Positions 56,300 to 58,592 of a DNA stretch of 58,592 nucleotides are shown in pieces. This DNA comes from a virus (lineage: Duplodnaviria > Caudoviricetes): positions 1 to 58,592 of the IMG/VR virus record IMGVR_UViG_3300041809_003506; one strand, 5' to 3'. Within the stretch, counting starts at the first letter, position 1. The number at the start of each line of letters is the position of its first letter. Both the position numbers and the translations under genes were made by a program. Under the pieces are notes generated by a model. The model was not told the DNA's origin. It made no database searches and worked only from the letters and a program-made list of their open reading frames with translations.

Positions 56300-56679
56300 T
56301 GATCCGCCGTCAACGCCTCTCCACCAAGCAGAAGGTCGCGCTGTTCGAACGCCATCGTGGCATCTGCCACATCTGCGAACGGCCGATCATTCCCGGCCAG
56401 CGATGGGAAGTCTCGCACGTCATCCCGCTCGGCCTGGGCGGCCTCGATGTCGAGAGCAACCGCGCGCCGGCGCACAAGCGTCCCTGCCACGAATGGCAGA
56501 CCCGCGTCACTGACCTTCCGGCGATCGCCAAATCCCGTCGCATCTATGCCCGCTACATCGGCGCCTATGAGCCGCGCCGGCGCTTGCCGTTCGGCCGCGA
56601 CGATCGATTGAAGCGCCGGATCGGCGGCCAAATCGTTTTCAGATCAACCGGCGAACCTTGGGGAAGACCAAGAGCATGA
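56296..56679 (+). CDS. HNH endonuclease
   Basis: CHIC...SHVIPLGLGG.D..SN..PAH..CH. Confidence 0.85.
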   Translation: MMIRRQRLSTKQKVALFERHRGICHICERPIIPGQRWEVSHVIPLGLGGLDVESNRAPAHKRPCHEWQTRVTDLPAIAKSRRIYARYIGAYEPRRRLPFGRDDRLKRRIGGQIVFRSTGEPWGRPRA

Positions 56680-57002
56680 AAACCAGCATTGCAATTGCAG
56701 TTCTTGCGACGACCATCATGGCGCATCCAGCCAGGGCAACCATCGCATCCTGTTACGGCACTGAGACCGGAAACCGCACGGCGACCGGCGCGCGCTACGA
56801 TCCGAACGGCTTGAGCGCGGCACATCGCACACTGCCGTTCGGCACCAAGGTGCGCATCACCAACATCGCCAACGGGCGATCGGTAACCGTGCGGATCAAT
56901 GATCGCGGGCCTTTCATTCGCGGCCGCGAATACGATCTTTCGCTCGGCGCCTGCCGGGCCATCGGTCTCAGCCTCGGTCAAGTCAATGCGGAGATCCTAT
57001 GA
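56676..57002 (+). CDS. RlpA-like (DPBB) lytic transglycosylase with signal peptide
   Basis: ASCYG...TATG...SAAHRTLPFGTKVR...VRINDRGPF...DLS; leader ending ARA. Confidence 0.9.
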   Translation: MKTSIAIAVLATTIMAHPARATIASCYGTETGNRTATGARYDPNGLSAAHRTLPFGTKVRITNIANGRSVTVRINDRGPFIRGREYDLSLGACRAIGLSLGQVNAEIL

Positions 57003-57214
57003 GCGAAGTCACTGACATCATCCTCGCCACGCTCGAGAAGGCGCCAGAGGGCCTGCTCTCCGCCGAGGTCGTCGCGCGTTCAGGTTTACCCTCCTACGTC
57101 GTCGGCAGCAGGCTCTCAAAGCTCGCTGCCTACGGGCACATCGATAAGCGGCCGGGCACAACCAAACAGAACTTCCGCTGGGCGACGAAGCGAATGGCCG
57201 CACATCCCGCATGA
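56999..57214 (+). CDS. Winged-helix protein
   Basis: GL.SAEV...SGL....V.SRLSKL...G.I. Confidence 0.6.
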   Translation: MSEVTDIILATLEKAPEGLLSAEVVARSGLPSYVVGSRLSKLAAYGHIDKRPGTTKQNFRWATKRMAAHPA

Positions 57215-57660
57215 CGCGCGCCCTACCCTCACGCGATCAGATCGGCCCCGACACGCCGCTGCGACTCGCCGACGCCGTCGCCACGGCCTACCCCTGCGGC
57301 GGAATGACCGTTAGCGGGTTACGCACAGAGGCACGCAAGGGGCGCCTTGTCATCGAGCGCGTGGCGGGCAAGGATTTCACCACCTTGGCGGCGATCGAAC
57401 GTATGAGGGTACTATGCCGCGGACAGCAACCGGACCTCACCTCTGGCTCCGCCCCGAACGCCGCAATCGACGCGGACACGTCACTCACCAGGCCAGCTGG
57501 ATCATTGTCGACGGAAAACATCAACAAGGCACTAGCTGCCTTCACAGTGACCGCCGAGGAGCTGAGCGAGCGCTTGAACGCTACATCGGCCTCAAATACC
57601 GCGACGCGGCGAAAGCGGGCACCCGTGATCCAGCTTCGATCCCGGTCGTCGACGTCCTAA
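57211..57660 (+). CDS. xis: Excisionase-like protein
   Basis: PLRLADA...MTVSGLRTEARKGRL..ERVAGKDFTT; overlaps the start of int. Confidence 0.75.
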   Translation: MTRALPSRDQIGPDTPLRLADAVATAYPCGGMTVSGLRTEARKGRLVIERVAGKDFTTLAAIERMRVLCRGQQPDLTSGSAPNAAIDADTSLTRPAGSLSTENINKALAAFTVTAEELSERLNATSASNTATRRKRAPVIQLRSRSSTS

Positions 57661-58592
57661 CTCTCTATGCAGCGAACATCGTCCCGCGCCATGCGCGGCC
57701 GCGCGAGACGCTGGCCCGCATTCAACGGTTGGTCGACTTCTTCGGCAATAAGGCGCTCGCCGATATCAACGGCGAGCTCTGCCGCAGCTTCGTCCGCGCG
57801 CGGTCGACGCCAGGTGCCGGCCGTGACGATCTCAGCGTGCTGCGCGCCGCGATCAATCACCATCGCGAGGAAGGGTATTGCCGCGAGCTCATCAGCGTCG
57901 CGCTGCCGGAAAAGAGCCGCGGCCGGGAACGATGGCTGACCCGCGCCGAGGCGGCCGAGCTGATCTGGCGCGCCTGGCGCTTCCGCGAAAAACAAAAGGG
58001 CAGGGCGACGGCGCGGGCAAGCCGCCAGCACGTCGCCCGGTTCATCCTGGTCGCGCTCTACACCGGGAGCCGCGCCGGCGCCGTCTGTTCGGCAGCGCTC
58101 GATCCGATCGAGGGTAGGGGCTTCATTGATCTCGACCGCGGCATCTTCTACAGGCGCCCTGCGGGGGCCGCTGAAACGAAGAAGCGGCGGCCGCCAGTAC
58201 CGTTGCCCCGGCGGCTTTTGACTCACCTACGGCGCTGGAAACGGCGCGGGCAGGCCTTTGCCGTCGAATGGAATGGCGCACCCGTCAGAGACGTCGACAA
58301 AGCGTTCCGCCACGTCGCCCACGAAGCCGGCATGCACGACGTCACCCCGCACGTTCTCCGCCACACGGCGGCGACATGGCTGATGCAGCTCGGCACGGAT
58401 CTATGGGAAGCCGCCGGGTACCTCGGCATGAGCGTCGACCAGCTCGAGCGCAATTATGGTCACCATCACCCCGATCATCTCAAGGGTGCCAGGGATGCTT
58501 TCGATCGGCCGCCAAAACGTCGCCAATCCAACGCCATCGCCGAGAGCGATTTAACGGCTTCGAATGTGCGCAAGATCGCCGATAATCGTTGA
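57414..58592 (+). CDS. int: Tyrosine recombinase / phage integrase
   Basis: YTGSR, K, HVLRHTAATW, YLG, YGHH catalytic residues. Confidence 0.95.
   Translation: MPRTATGPHLWLRPERRNRRGHVTHQASWIIVDGKHQQGTSCLHSDRRGAERALERYIGLKYRDAAKAGTRDPASIPVVDVLTLYAANIVPRHARPRETLARIQRLVDFFGNKALADINGELCRSFVRARSTPGAGRDDLSVLRAAINHHREEGYCRELISVALPEKSRGRERWLTRAEAAELIWRAWRFREKQKGRATARASRQHVARFILVALYTGSRAGAVCSAALDPIEGRGFIDLDRGIFYRRPAGAAETKKRRPPVPLPRRLLTHLRRWKRRGQAFAVEWNGAPVRDVDKAFRHVAHEAGMHDVTPHVLRHTAATWLMQLGTDLWEAAGYLGMSVDQLERNYGHHHPDHLKGARDAFDRPPKRRQSNAIAESDLTASNVRKIADNR

Overview
The window is an apparently near-complete (~58 kb) GC-rich temperate siphovirus-type prophage, probably from an alphaproteobacterial (Hyphomicrobiales-like) host (inferred from gene content). 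It starts at a tRNA-Pro(CGG), the likely attL, and ends at the stop codon of a tyrosine integrase; attR is not in the window. The minus strand carries, right to left: cro, a cII-like gene, a complete diversity-generating retroelement (Mtd-like target with VR, avd, TR, RT), ParB/MT-A70/Gp37-Gp68 genes, a P4-type primase and helicase with an iterated origin, a late regulator, HK97-type packaging and head genes, a non-contractile tail with a GTA-like baseplate, fibre genes and a lysis cassette with a class-3 lipase. The plus strand carries cI, a lipoprotein, an HNH, an RlpA-like gene, xis and int, plus two lone genes (an HNH and a methyltransferase). Three things stand out. (1) Eight virion-appendage-like genes in the late operon all carry cleavable signal peptides and even numbers of cysteines, suggesting periplasmic export and oxidative folding of virion parts. 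(2) A radical SAM enzyme and a two-domain glycosyltransferase sit just behind the capsid genes. (3) The DGR (9 of 9 TR/VR mismatches at TR adenines) diversifies an N-terminally truncated Mtd in the early operon, about 40 kb from the fibre genes. Family assignments come from motif recognition by eye; no database search was run.
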